64,000 nucleotides of DNA, taken from contig OZ076414.1 of assembly GCA_964187785.1 (NCBI GenBank), positions 18,724,001 to 18,788,000 on the forward strand, in the 5' to 3' direction. Shown piece by piece: positions 1 to 12,599 of this stretch; within the stretch, counting starts at the first letter, position 1; each line of letters starts with the position of its first letter. The notes beneath the pieces are model-generated. The model saw nothing but the letters and a program-made list of their open reading frames with translations, ran no database searches and was not told where the DNA came from. This DNA comes from Amphiscolops sp. MND2022 (lineage: Eukaryota). The translations under genes were made by a program, and so were the position numbers.

Positions 1-805
1 TGTACAATGAAAAATGAGTGATTAGCAAGTTCCACTAAACACATTGAAAACAGAGATAACGAAATTGCCTGATTGACTAGCAGAGTCACAACTTCTGAAC
101 AAAATCCGAGACAAAAAGTAAATCTCGGTAAAAACACTAATCGGGCAAAATCCCCCCTGGGTTTCTCTGAAACAAGTCAGAACCAGTCTAAAATACAAGC
201 AGTAAAAAGTCTCCTAATCGATTTATCAACCTTCAACTTCATAAGCAAAGAAATGTTTCCCATGAACCTAAAACAATTTTCCAGATATAGCACGCAGCGC
301 TTCAACTATGGAACATGAATCATTTTTTTTCGCTGAAGCGGAATACTACAAAACTGCCCACAAATTGAAAAACAATGTGAATCAAATTACTTCCCCAGAT
401 GAACAGATTGAAAGTTTCGTTTGACGCACAGATTTGTAACATGTAAGATGAAACATTTTGTTGAAGTTCAAACGTTGTTTGTATTCATAAATAAAATCTG
501 AAAATTACAATCTAAAGTCCAAAAAAACCTTCTGATTTGCTCAATTGGAAAGACCTGACATCATGAAACGTCTAGAAAGCGAAAGCGTCGCGGAACTATT
601 GCCTGAAAGCTGGTATTTTCAACGGCTAGGGCAAAATGAATATAAAACTGTCCTAATGCATTCATTTGAAGGATAATTAATGTATTTCAGGACGTGATGT
701 TTCCGGAATGAATTTTTTAACACACTCTGTTGAATTGTTATGAAATCGCCTCTGAGGTGAAGTCAAGATAATCTTGCATCAAGGATCTCATCAAAAATAT
801 ACATA

Positions 806-1795
806 CCCGGGTTGAACCTCTTACTATCATCTTGGCTGTCTTGGCAAAATCTTACCAAATTCTGACTCCATCTTGGTAACTATGGATCCCATGGCAAGAT
901 TTTTATTAGGATCTTACTAATATAATACATTATTCCAAGATCGTATATTATCACGACGGACAAAATTCTAAGATTATAAAAAACAATATACATTCGGTAC
1001 AAGCAGACGAGACTCAATCTGAAGGCTCATTTCACCCAACAATGACTATTTCTACTGGTTTTCATTATCAAAATGCTTCAACCTGCTGAAACAAATTTGC
1101 ATGCAAAAATGCGTTAAAAATTACCATAACGTATTCTGGCTTCCGAAATTCTGACGAGAATCCTAATAACTGCTCACCTGTTTAAGACTAAGAAATGCGA
1201 ATGATTCCAAATGAAAGTTCATTTCACGGGCTTTTGGAAACTTGTAACTTATCACTCCTGTCGATTCCAGAGACGGAGAAAAATGCAACAAAACTAAAAT
1301 GCAACAGTTACTCAGTGAACACTACGACATCCGGTTGTAATTATGTCGAATAATATCTCCAGCATTTTAGGAGCCTGTTTCAGCAGCCGTATTACTGCTG
1401 GTAACGGTGATCATAGCCACTTTTGAGTGATTATTCAGATCGAAGATTTCCGACGCCGTTGTTAGCGACGGATTTGTAATTACCAAAAAAAAACAATTTT
1501 ATCAGAGCCTATTAGCATAATGATTCTTCAATCAATTTTTATACCTTGGTAACAGAAAATTGTCATGTGTAACAGTGTACGTCTGGATAGATGTTGATTT
1601 TTGATGACTTCCTTTGAGATTTTTTTCTAGCCAAACAGGATTCTACAAAATTTTTCTTGCGAACATGGGTCTCTTGATAATCGATAAAAAATTTGTCTAT
1701 GGCAAAATGAATACCATGGCAATATCTTGTCAAGATCTTAGCCAAGATTGTTCCAAGACTTTGCCAAGATCCTACTAAGGTATCCACGGAGGGTC
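806..1795 (+). mobile_element. Non-autonomous TIR element, family A (CCCGGGTTGA terminus); right end lacks the last few bases
   Basis: Begins CCCGGGTTGAACC at 806 and is colinear with 58326-59365 over several hundred bases. Internal (C)TTGGC/GCAAGATCTT repeats. Ends ...ATCCACGGAGGGTC, whereas the complete copy ends ...GGAGGGTCGACCCGGG. Confidence 0.8.
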
Positions 1796-2269
1796 TGTCA
1801 TGCCAGCATGATCACCTACTAAATATCTGTAATGTGAATACTATATCGTATTCGTATGTTCTTATCTATGGGCAATATGAAGTCATATAATATGGCCTAT
1901 GGTTGTGAGCAACCCTACGTTACCTGTACCTAATCCCATTTCACTCTCTGAGCTTTGAGTTGTTTATTAATTACTTTTAAGCTCTCTAGTTCCGGTGTAC
2001 GCAATATATGATTATGCTAACCAGCAAAAATTGCTTTTCATACTTGTCGTTTGTTGAGAGAAAGGAGCAAGTAGTTTTCGATCAAACTGGACCGTCGGAT
2101 GAAAAAGAGACAGAATCGATACTTGTTTGATGAGCTCCTGCCTCAGAGCGAACTAATGCGACAAACCAGCATGCTAAAACAATGAAGTTTACATGTAACC
2201 ACAAACATGACTGCTGTGACTTGAATTTCGAAGTACATTCGCCTTGATGCGCCATTTTGTGAGCTTTAC

Positions 2270-3010
2270 AAAAAACGATGAAAAAACGATGAAAGAACGA
2301 TGAAGTTTTGACATCATCTGTTCATCGCCCAGGGCTGTCAGTTAAACACTGACGCTATACTATGGAACGATGCGGAAACGATGAGCATTTCACATCGTTT
2401 ACGCATCGGTGAACAATACCCGCTTGTTTGCATTTGTAACGGTGCTGAAATGATGAAAATCATACTATGATTACTAGATGTTTCTTATTACCCCACTTCA
2501 TGTGAATTATATTGCCTATGCACGCGATCCATCGATATTTTGAGGAAACGATGAAAAAACAATGGGAATTTTACATCGTCCGTTAATCGCCTCGGAGCTA
2601 CTATTTTAATGATAATGCTAAACACCAGAGAGAAATAAAAACCGAAGAACAGTTTTCATCGTTTGAACATCGCTTGGGAAATCTCACTTTCCCAACGCTT
2701 ATAACGATGCTAGAACGATGAAGTTTATATTTTACTGCAATTGCGCTCGAAACTGCTAAATTTCATCTGTTTTACATCGTCTAACCACCCTGACCAAAGA
2801 TTATCGAGATTAAAGAGTAATACTACCCTGAACAATGGCAAATAGATGAAATTGACCATTCATTGTACCATGTTCCCTAATACATCAGTTTCGCATCCAT
2901 AACTTGTTTTAGTCATATCTAATGCTACACCATAGTAGGGTCATTACTTTTACATCAGTAAATCGATCTTGGCATATTTCAACGCTACTGGCTACAAAAA
3001 CACATCGCGT
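2270..3010. repeat. Dispersed AACGATG/CATCG(TT) motif array, probably subterminal repeats of a decayed TIR element
   Basis: About 15 or more copies of AACGATG or CATCG(T) in both orientations within about 750 bp; termini not identified. Confidence 0.5.
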
Positions 3011-3473
3011 TTTCATCACTCATCCTAGAATGATGTATTTTGATCTCTGAATGGCTTAATACTTTATCGCTTTCATATCCATTGTGTAATTTCAGTGTTC
3101 TACGATGATTCAGAGGTGATAACTGCGCAATGTAGATTAACCCCGTTATACATTCATGTTAACTAATTTGAATTGAAATTGGCGGGCAAATTACGGTTGG
3201 TAGCCCCCTCACACCATAGACAGAACCTGGTCATTTGGCCAAGTAATGATTAGCACCTCGTTGATAACCAATGAGAGTGCTCAGATGGTAAGAATTGCGT
3301 CTTACCACTTACCAAGAGAGAAGGCTACCAAAAATCATTCAACGTGATTAGAAACATTACCCTCAGTACGTACTGCAGCAATTGTAAATCTACATTCTAG
3401 TTGATGTAACTTCCCCATCGGTCTCACCATCAGTTCAACTCTTATCTTACAATATTCATCTCTTCCTCATCGT

Positions 3474-3740
3474 ATGAGTAGCATTTCCCCTAGAAAACTC
3501 AGAAACGGGAAAGCACTGATTCCAGCTTCTTCAGGCCTAGTATTTAATCACTCTCAAAATAATTCAAATTCAGAAACGGAAAACACTGAAAACATAACAA
3601 ATGAACAGAGGCTCAGTCAAGATCACCTGATCCTCAACAAGCTAACGAAGAAAGACTTAATCACATCCAAAATGAGATGACCGACGTCTCCGCTACACGT
3701 CGTCGTTTGGCGTGCGGGCGTCTAACAGGGTCAACCCGGG
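3474..3740 (+). pseudogene. Possible frameshifted gag-like N-terminal remnant, ending at a family-A-type terminus (GGTCAACCCGGG)
   Basis: ORF MSSISPRKLRNG... with a low-complexity N/S/E tract continues by frameshift into ...EERLNHIQNEMTD. No diagnostic domain. Confidence 0.25.
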
Positions 3741-5666
3741 TAAGTATGCACAAGTATACGACAGTCATTTGATTTACATTTTGTAATTCATAATCAAATG
3801 AATGTCGAGTCCGTGTTTCCTTTTTGGAGAAAAAAATTACTAGGTGGACTTTCCGACTTTACATATGAAATTAAGCAATTTTAAATCACATATGGACTTT
3901 TTTAGTGACCAGTGAGCTAATTACTCTGTATTATAACTTACGTGAGCATTTTTCTGTGTTTAGTTTCCAAGTATACCTTCTCATGTTCTTCGATGTACAT
4001 TAAGGTGCAGCAATAATAACAGAGGGCAGCCAAAAACATAAACTTGAAGCAAGTTTCGGAACACATAATGACGAATGATTGATCAAGAAAAGTGTCTTCA
4101 GATTAGCGGTCTGTTTTGCAAGAAATGACGGAGAAATTTTGAAGTTATTGTGGATTCATCTTTTCATTGGGCGCTATACAAATTTTGTTGCTTGAATACT
4201 GACGATGCGAGAGAAATTTGTATTACATTTTTCAATCTTTTTTGACGGGGTATCTTCTTGAATACTATGCGAAGTTTTGCTTTATTCAAGATTTCCACCG
4301 GCTGAAAAACCTGCGTTGTGAAAAGAATATTTTTAGCTCATATTTCACTTGGCAAAACAAAGGTGAAAGCTCTGAGTGAAATCTCTAATCTAATATTCGC
4401 AATTTTGATGCCAAGCACAAAAGTTTTGTAAAAACATTCAAAATTCAGCTGTGGCATGCCTATTATTTTCGGCACCTTGTTGTCTCAACTTCACACTGCT
4501 TTTCTTAGATTTTTCCTTCTAGCAACTGTCACTCATGCGAGATAGACCGACGGAAGGTTCAAACAAAAATCAGTTGCTACAACACCGGATAAACTTCAAA
4601 TTCAAAAACTTCCAGAAAAAAGATATAGCTGCATTTTGTACTTAGACTAACGACACTCGTATAGTTCTCGTGTGTCGTGTGAAGAAATCAAAACCATTCT
4701 GAAAAGAAAGAATCACGAGGTCCCGAGTTGAAAAACTTGTTTTATCTTAACTTTGATTGGCTCCGACAACATGTCTTTGTGAGAATCCAAACTATTTCAT
4801 ACCTTTTTCTAATTGATGCAACGGCTGCTGAGACTTTCTGCGACCAGCTCTAACGACCAAAAAACAAAAAATTAGAAAGTTTTTTTCCATTGACAAAATG
4901 GAGACTCTACACCTGGCAATTTTCCAAATCAGTCTCATTTTTCCAGCTGAGGTCCTTTTATTACCTCAGTGCTTCATCTGGACTTCCAAAAGATTGATTT
5001 TTGCACGTTTTTAACGTTTTTAAATGCACTAACTTCATTTTTCAGAAAAACTATATTCTAAAAAATTGATAAACGAGCCAAAAATTCTATTAAATTTGGA
5101 TGATAGGATCTGAAAAATCACAAACCAAATATAGAGAGTTACATATGAACAAGTAGAGAAACATTTATGGCGTTACATGAGACGAATACAGTCCGCGAGG
5201 TCCAAAATTTCGACGTTATATCCGAATTTAAACTGATTTTTCCTACATACTGCGATTTGAAAAAAAAAGTTTGGACAGGAATCGCCCCACGATTAAAAGC
5301 CTATGCTACTATGCAATTGACCGATGATCAAGCATTTTCGACAGAAGTCCAACACTTCGCTAAAAATTAACTTCTTGCAAAGTTAAGAATATAATCAAGA
5401 AATTCATGCCACCGAAACGAGTTTTTTCAGTTTGTTCAGAAATCCGAAAATAGTAAAGGTGATTTTTCTTGAACCATTTTTGATAGACATTTGAGTTCCA
5501 TCGTCGTCATTGCTTTTGGTTTTAAGTGACATGCCTCAATGCCTAACAGAAACGCTTATTCAACCGTTTTATAGTTTAACGTTTTAACGTTCGATCTGTA
5601 ATGGCGCATTTCGTACGTTTGATTAGGCTCATTTTAAGTGAAAGTTGAAAGATGTAGTACCAAATT

Positions 5667-6236
5667 ATTTTTAGTCGGCGCATTTTATCAAAATGAGCCC
5701 GACTATTACAGTGGCAAGGTTTTTTTTAAATTTTTTTTGTTTGTCAGACAACAGAATGTATGCGTAATGGACACTTTTTCTACAGAACTACTAAACTACT
5801 GGATCGGCAAGCGGAAACGCATCTAAGTTAGTGCAAAGGGACCCCCCTTTCGTGTATTCAATTTTAAACGAAAGATACAAAGCCGGACGGGACTACAGGG
5901 ACCCCCTTTGAATTTTTTTCGGCACTGTGCGACTTTTTTTCGAATTTTTTTGTCCCCCTTCAAGTTTTTTTGATATTTTTCAGCAAACTGAAGTTTCAAA
6001 AAGCCCAAAGGGTCCCCCATTTCTAGTTTTTCGGCACTATGAGACTGTTTCAAAACTCGTTTATTTTTTCGAATTTTTATAAATGTCTCCAAAGGGTCTC
6101 CTTCAATTTTTTTTGATATTTTGCAACAAGCTGGATTTTCAAAAAGTCGAAAGGGTCCCCTTTTATAATTTTTAAAAACTTTGCGCTTTTTTGAGCCTTA
6201 GATGTAGCGCCAACTTTAGACGTTCCCGTCCTGTTT
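5667..6236 (+). mobile_element. HINE/DINE-1-like non-autonomous Helentron, copy 1
   Basis: 5' T-run, subTIR AGTCGGCGC and nearby inverted copy GCCCGACTA; internal AAAGGGTCCCC repeats; 3' subTIR-like GCGCCAACT, hairpin AGACG-TTCC-CGTC and TGTTT. Similar copies at 18510, 34402, 37503 and 57111. Confidence 0.7.
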
Positions 6237-6559
6237 CTAATTCCCATATTAAATGGTTTAGACAGTGATTTTGAAAAGCAATTTGATAACTCGAAGAAAT
6301 CACTAAATCTTTGTAAATTTTTGACATAGAAATGCTTCTCTTTGTGCGAATGAATTGTTAGCGATTTGTGCGTCTGGTCACAAATGACAAACACAGTTTC
6401 AGTTATTCCACCAATCTTTATTCACGCTTTCATTTTTACATTTTGTACAAATATGCTGCTGACCATCAAAATATTTGAACTGCCAAAAATGGTTTAAACG
6501 TACGTTTTGTATCTATTTCAATGCTTTATGTTCACAGCCATAGAAACTTCTCAATTTGC

Positions 6560-6772
6560 AGCAGAATTTTTGTCTACATAGTGATGTAAATCTTGCAAGA
6601 TATTTTTCTTGGTGATGCAAGTCTTTCAAGAGTCTTGCAAGGTTCTTGCAAGATATGACTTTTCTGTCAGATTGTAGCAAGACTTGCCTTTTCTGCCCGA
6701 ATCTTGCAAGCTTTACATTTCTCATGATTCTCTTGCACGATTCTTGCAATATGTTTTTTTTCTCGAACAGGG
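6560..6772. mobile_element. Family B TIR element fragment (CTTGCAAG repeats, right end ...CTCGAACAGGG)
   Basis: Dense TCTTGCAAG repeats and a terminus resembling that of 28894-29641. Confidence 0.6.
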
Positions 6773-6817
6773 GTCGTTGGTATTATGTCTTCTAATGAGA
6801 ACGCGGATTCAACTACC

Positions 6818-6933
6818 CCTCCTATTTGACCTTCCTACTAGTCTCTTGGCTGTCTTGGCAAGATCTTGCCAAATTTTTTTATTACATCGTCGCAACCATG
6901 GATCCCATAGCAAGATTCTTATCAAGATCCTAC
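6818..6933 (+). mobile_element. 5' fragment of a family A element
   Basis: CTTGGCTGTCTTGGCAAGATCTTGCC...GGATCCCATAGCAAGATT matches 58340-58430. Confidence 0.65.
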
Positions 6934-7088
6934 TGTCACGACCCGCTCCCGGCCGGTGTTTCAGCTGCCACGAGGGAATACACAAGTTTGCCAGAGGACT
7001 CGGCCACGGGAGGAATTATTAAAACGTAAGACATTTAAATTTTACTCGAAGTACAAATAGATAACTAGCAGGATTTTCTCGTATGACA
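6934..7088. repeat. Possible short solo LTR (TGTCACGAC...CGTATGACA) abutting the family A fragment
   Basis: TG...CA termini with an imperfect terminal inverted repeat; no TSD found. Confidence 0.3.
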
Positions 7089-8504
7089 AAAATTGACGTA
7101 AGGACGACGTAACGTTCCGCATGGCAATTTGTGAATTAACGGAACTACCGGTCTATCATTTTTTACGTGTGACCATTTTTACTTCCAAGTTTGTCCTCTG
7201 AAAATTCACATTCTAATCTAAAACAGAGACCAAATAAACAACAAAAAATTGGTTCTTTGATTCTTCATCCTTTAATGAAACATCGAAAAAAGTATTTAGT
7301 TCCGTTGTCTTAACGAAATTCATGCGATCTAAAATGAAAAGTACATACAAAATAGTATAGCTGATTGTACTGAAATGGTTGTCAAAATCAACTTAATTAC
7401 ATTCAAAATGATTTACATTCAAAATGAATTACATTCAAGTAGTTTAAGCAAAAAGTCACAACGTTAGGACAGCGGCACTGAGCGAAGCCTATAGGAGGTG
7501 TTTCTATTTAACGAGCCAATAGCAACACCCAACAGCAAAACAAGCTTTCCGTACCGCCTGTTTAGAAAACCAATAACACCGCTAATTGGCTGATATTTCA
7601 ACGCTCAGAATAGAATGAACGATTCGGCGACGTCACAGCTAAGCTTCTTTGAAAGAAATCTATCAACGCTTAACGTACCGGCTACGTCGCACTGCTGGTC
7701 AGCTATAGCTAACTATAATACATATGTCACTACTACTTCACGTTTGAAGGTTGTGAATAAGTGCTAGATTATCTTGTTCGGAATAGAATGAAAACATTTT
7801 CAGTACTCTTGTACGTTTTGGGCAAATCAAAGAAAGCTGTTCTGTGAGGTAGAAAATAAAGTGATCTAAAATCTCTTTAAGTGTTGAAAATTCTTTTGGT
7901 TCATGATAAGATTGAAAGGAATGAAATGTTTGGAATGATATTTTGGAAATTACTTTGACCAAGAAGCATAATAATCCCTTTCAGAAAATATTCATTTCAA
8001 TGGATTTTATCTAACTTTTCCTCGTTATACTATTATAGAGTGACGTAAGGTCAACGTGACTTCCGGAATGAGGTGCTTGAAGTTGGTATTGATTTAATGA
8101 AACTACATGTGGTGAAAGCTGTTTCCTTTTGCAATTTTGTATTCAAGTTTTCTTACTACTATGGAATTATGTTTGTTTGTATTAGTAGGAGCCAAATAAT
8201 TTGGCAAAGGTTTGTTCATGAAAGTGTTTTAGTATTACGAATGACATTCGTCAAATTATGTATGAACGTTTGAGTTTCGAATACGTATATCGCAAGACAC
8301 TTAGCATCATTTTTTCCTCTGTATTTCCATAATCTCAATTGCCAAATCGATACATTTTTCCTCTCAATGGCAAGGCAAATTTTTGACTGTCATACTTTTA
8401 CTCAGAAAATGTCAGTTTCTAAATCTGACTAGTTGAAATGATTATTCATGCCAGCGTGCCTTCGTCACCAATATCTCAACTTGAATTTTATTTTCATTAG
8501 AGTG

Positions 8505-9305
8505 CACAGGCAAGCCTTATTTGCTCAAAGCGCAACATAGTGCTTTCAATATCTCGGATTCCACGACCATACCTTTAACCGTGCAAAATTGGCAAATTAC
8601 GTCATTTATCCCGGATTCCACGGATTTAGTCGTAGATTCCAGTAACAAATGCTTAGCTGTACGAACGGTCGGCACGCAGCGGTGTCCCGGATTCCACAAA
8701 AACGTAGGTTTTGCGAAATGAACAAATCAGATTGCAGAAATCATAAAGTTCCTGGATTCCACAACTTTTTGCTTGACGCGATACGCGGCATCTCTTCTTG
8801 AATTAAATTCAAGTGGAAGGCTGAACAAACATAATATTATGCACTACTTTTCGTATATTAATTCAAAATGATTCAGACAATCACACCAATATCACACAAA
8901 ATTTTTAGATTTTTCAGTTTAGTACCAGTTTTGAACAAACTGCCAGATCATCACAATCTGCCATTATTTGATGACACGCTTTAATTTTGGTACCAGTCAT
9001 GAGTATCTCTATTCGTACTTCTTGGATTTTTCGTGTCAATCAAAACAAGTTCCATTGATATAAAATTGAAATAATTTAAATTTTTCTACCTTTCCAAAAA
9101 TGATTACTCAAAATCAGCGGACCAATCAGAGAGCAGCGGCAAAATTGTCATTATAGCAGCAGTATTGGCGTGGAATCCAGGACAAGCACTGTCGTGGAAT
9201 CCAAGACACGCTTAACATCAAAGAGAAATTTTGTCCTGGATTCAACGACTTTTCTCAATTTTCGTGTCCCGGATTCCACGAAAAGCAGCAAAAAGCTTGC
9301 CTGTG
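8505..9305. mobile_element. Non-autonomous TIR element with CACAGGCAAGC termini and GGATTCCAC subterminal repeats (CMC/Transib-like)
   Basis: CACAGGCAAGC at 8505 and GCTTGCCTGTG ending 9305; multiple GGATTCCAC/GTGGAATCC copies; flanks GAGTG/CACTG are not a clean TSD. Confidence 0.65.
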
Positions 9306-9559
9306 CACTGTAATGTTGGCGTCATTTTAACACTCAAACAGGAAACGCGTATGAATGAACAAAAATGTTTTCAACAACGACAACGTAAGTGTGACGCATC
9401 TAGGAATTTGGATACCTGATTCGCCATCTCCGTTCCCGCTAGGTCTTTGCTCCTGTTCGACCTCGCTTAGCAAGATGGGAACATAAGCGGCCCCAAGGGG
9501 CTGCGGTGCAGTAGATGAAATGGGGAAATATCGGAGGCACGTTTTATACTTAGTTCAAA

Positions 9560-9655
9560 ATTCGAACACAGTGATTCGAACTTATTCCGGTTTTTGGAAA
9601 ATTCGAACTTAGTCCATTCGAAATTAAACTTCGAACTTATGCGTTCGAACTTATT
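9560..9655. repeat. TTCGAA(CTTA) motif cluster
   Basis: About six TTCGAA copies in about 95 bp. Confidence 0.55.
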
Positions 9656-9669
9656 ACCGTGCCCCGTTG

Positions 9670-9859
9670 ATTTTTGTAGACTTCTTTCCAGATTTTTTTC
9701 TGGCCCAAAAGGATTTTACAATTGATTTCTGCTTGCGAACATGGCTCTCTTGATAAGATCCTACCATGTCAAAATGAATACCATAGCAAAATCGTGACAA
9801 GATTTTAGCCAAGATTGTTCCAAGATCTTACTAAGACATCCATGGAAGGTCAACTCGGG
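9670..9859 (+). mobile_element. 3' end of a family A element
   Basis: Matches 1610-1795 and 59200-59365; ends GGTCAACTCGGG. Confidence 0.7.
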
Positions 9860-10404
9860 TAATCATTCTGCTGCATGATTGATTATAGCGATTCAGTTCG
9901 AATAATGTTCCCCTGGTCGATTTGACAACCATTCAAGTAGCCAATTAATCAGCTGTTACTGAAACGCTTTTGGTTGAATCAGTCAGCTTTGCTCGGTGCT
10001 GACTTTGACCTCGGTGCTCACTTTGACCGGCAATTGTCCGACCTCTCAATCGACAGTGCATTCAATCGACTTAATCGAACATTATTGGTCATTATTGCCC
10101 AAAATCTGTTTTGTTATGTGTGACATGCTATTACCGCGACTTTCATGCATACCGTAACATACGGATCTAGACAGAGAGACTTGGGCTTGTTTGCCAACAA
10201 AACTCCAATTAGTGCCAATTCATGTTGTTCTGTTTTTACCATAGAGTTCGAGATTGTAACATTAAGCTTTAATTTTATAATCTTTAATTCGCATACAATC
10301 AAAAATTTGATCTGTACAAAATTCATGTGATCGGTGAATATTGAGCAGATCACACAATGTTTCTTCAAAAAATATGCTGAAAAAGTTATCCAATTTTTGG
10401 ATGA

Positions 10405-10900
10405 CCCAGGTTTTCGATCTTTGCGAATCTGTGCAGATCTGCAGGATTTTTCTGCAGGGTTCTGCAAAGATCGTTGCACTGAATCTTGAAGATCATTACA
10501 GATCTGCAAGATCTTTACAGAAGTGTGCAGATATTCCTAAAAGATTTTTGCAGAAATACGTTTTTCTGCAGCTTCTAAGGAACCAATGACTGCATTTTTG
10601 GACTTCTTTAACTACTTCATCAACTCCTTTAGTTGACCAAGGCTCAGTCAGTTGATCACTCAAAAGTCTCGAGAAGAAAAACTTGTCCCCATCACGGTAG
10701 TTATGGTGACTGGAGATTGAGCCGTATTGGTTATTAACATTTTTATTATTCGTTTGACATCGCTGTTTGGTTTTTAGTGTGTTTCTGATAAGGTCATTTT
10801 TCTTCGAATCTGCACATATCTGCAAAGATCTGCAAAAATCCTGCAGATCTGCACATATCTGCAAAGATCTGCACAATTTCGCAAAGATCGAAAACCTGGG
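10405..10900. mobile_element. Complete family C TIR element (CCCAGGTTTTCGATCTTTGCGAA TIR) with 2-bp TSD GA
   Basis: GA|CCCAGGTTTTCGATCTTTGCGAA ... TTCGCAAAGATCGAAAACCTGGG|GA; ATCTGCA subterminal repeats at both ends. Confidence 0.85.
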
Positions 10901-11355
10901 GAGCTCACTTTTTGAATTTTATCAAATTTGTTCGTAACGAATAAATACCATTTTTAATTCGTTACGGTCGGACAATTGCACAGTTAGCGATTTCTCTAGC
11001 CCCGCGCAGCTCATGAGTCCGTCTGAAAATGAGAGGGATCATGTATTTTTACGGCTGAATCAAAGCAAAACTTTAGAAACTATGGCGAACTGAATGTGGT
11101 CATTTACGTAATGAGAACTACGATAAGAGCCGGTCTTACTAGGTTTAGGTTTCAATTGTTCTAGGGAAGCAACTTTGGACTAAAATCGAAACTCTGTTTT
11201 CTTTTGCACACATCTTGTGATAGAATGTCCTCAATTGAGCTAGCACCCTAAACACACTTGAACCACAGAGCAAAAAATGGGCCGCCCCAGAAATTTTTCA
11301 CTTTTTTCGATAAAAATGAAAACATTTCGTTCGAGCGCGGAAAAGTTCTAACCAG

Positions 11356-11598
11356 TGTTATATTCTAAAGCTAGGTGATCTAAGAGTTGGAGAAAAGGAT
11401 ATAAAAGAGTAGTATTTCAATTTTGAAGCTTCATTCCAGTTAATATAAATCTAGAATGTATGTATAAATGTATATATGTAATCTAAACTTTTTTCTTTTC
11501 TGAGTTTGTTTACTAACAACTCGTAATATCTGTATTTTCAGACTATGTTGGTAACCCGAAGTGTGGTAGAGGTCACTAGACGGATGAACCGTATTACA
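11356..11598 (-). repeat. 3' LTR of the Mag-like element
   Basis: Direct repeat of 16858-17102; preceded on the minus strand by polypurine tract GAGAAGGAGACAGAGGGGGAAA. Confidence 0.93.
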
Positions 11599-12599
11599 TT
11601 TCCCCCTCTGTCTCCTTCTCAATTCTCTTTGCATCTAGTCGAAGAGGGTTTTAGATGCTGAAGTAGTTGGTGGTCCCTTTGGTGTTAGTTCCGGGTCACT
11701 CTGGATAAAGTCTGCCGGTTTCTGCACATTCTCCGGTTGTGGAATTCCCTTGTGTCGGTTCCACGACGATCCTGTAACAAACATAGTTTTCTTTACATTT
11801 ATCCCCAGAAATTTCCTGTATATTGTATACTGCCATATCTATTCGGTTTGTTTACATTTCGGTTAGAGCGTCGAATTATATATTTGTTATTCTTACCCGG
11901 TATCTCTCCGTCGGTATGGAGTTGTAATGCGTCGTCTTCCGGATTGGTCTGTATCGGGACATATCGGCCATTGCGTTCCGATGTATCGTATGTTTGTCTT
12001 CCGATTGTTTCTGGCATTTCTTCGACATCCTCATCATTTTCTTCTGTATCGGTTTCCGTCTTTTTCGGTTTTGTACTATCTTTACCTTGCCGTTGAGTAT
12101 ATCCCGTAGGATTTCGTCCCAGCGGCCATACTTTCCGTCCAGCCACCGTAGACAGTGTCTGTTCTTCGGCTGGATTTCACTGTCAGTTAGCAGTATCTGT
12201 TCCCGCGTTATTTTCTTCTCGGTCTGAAACTATGGACCCGAAAGTATTTTTCGGCTTATTGATTTTCCCGTGTCTGTTTTCACAGTACTTCTGATTCCGC
12301 TTATTGTGGTTTGAATTTTGTTTTGAAATTTTCCTTCTAGGGATCTCTTATTATGGTTCTTTTCTACCAACTGAAAAAGATAGCTGACCGAGTTTTTCAT
12401 TTCCGGTGATTTCAGTCCTTCTGCTACCTGCTTCGCTTCTGTTTTTGTCCGTGCCATCACGATGTGATTCGTGATTTCAACATGCGCGTCGCGGCCAACA
12501 TATATCAGTATCTTCGGCCGTGTTGGTGCTGAAATGGAAAAGTTCTGACCAATCGGATAAATGTGTTTTACCGTCTTTAATGATATTTGTTAATTCAGT

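Noticed and set aside
4080-5000. Possible decayed transposase
   Set aside because: Many stops in all frames and no assignable motif.
6077-6394. C2H2-like FVICDQTHKSLT..H motif
   Set aside because: Second Cys is missing and the ORF reads into the HINE repeat.
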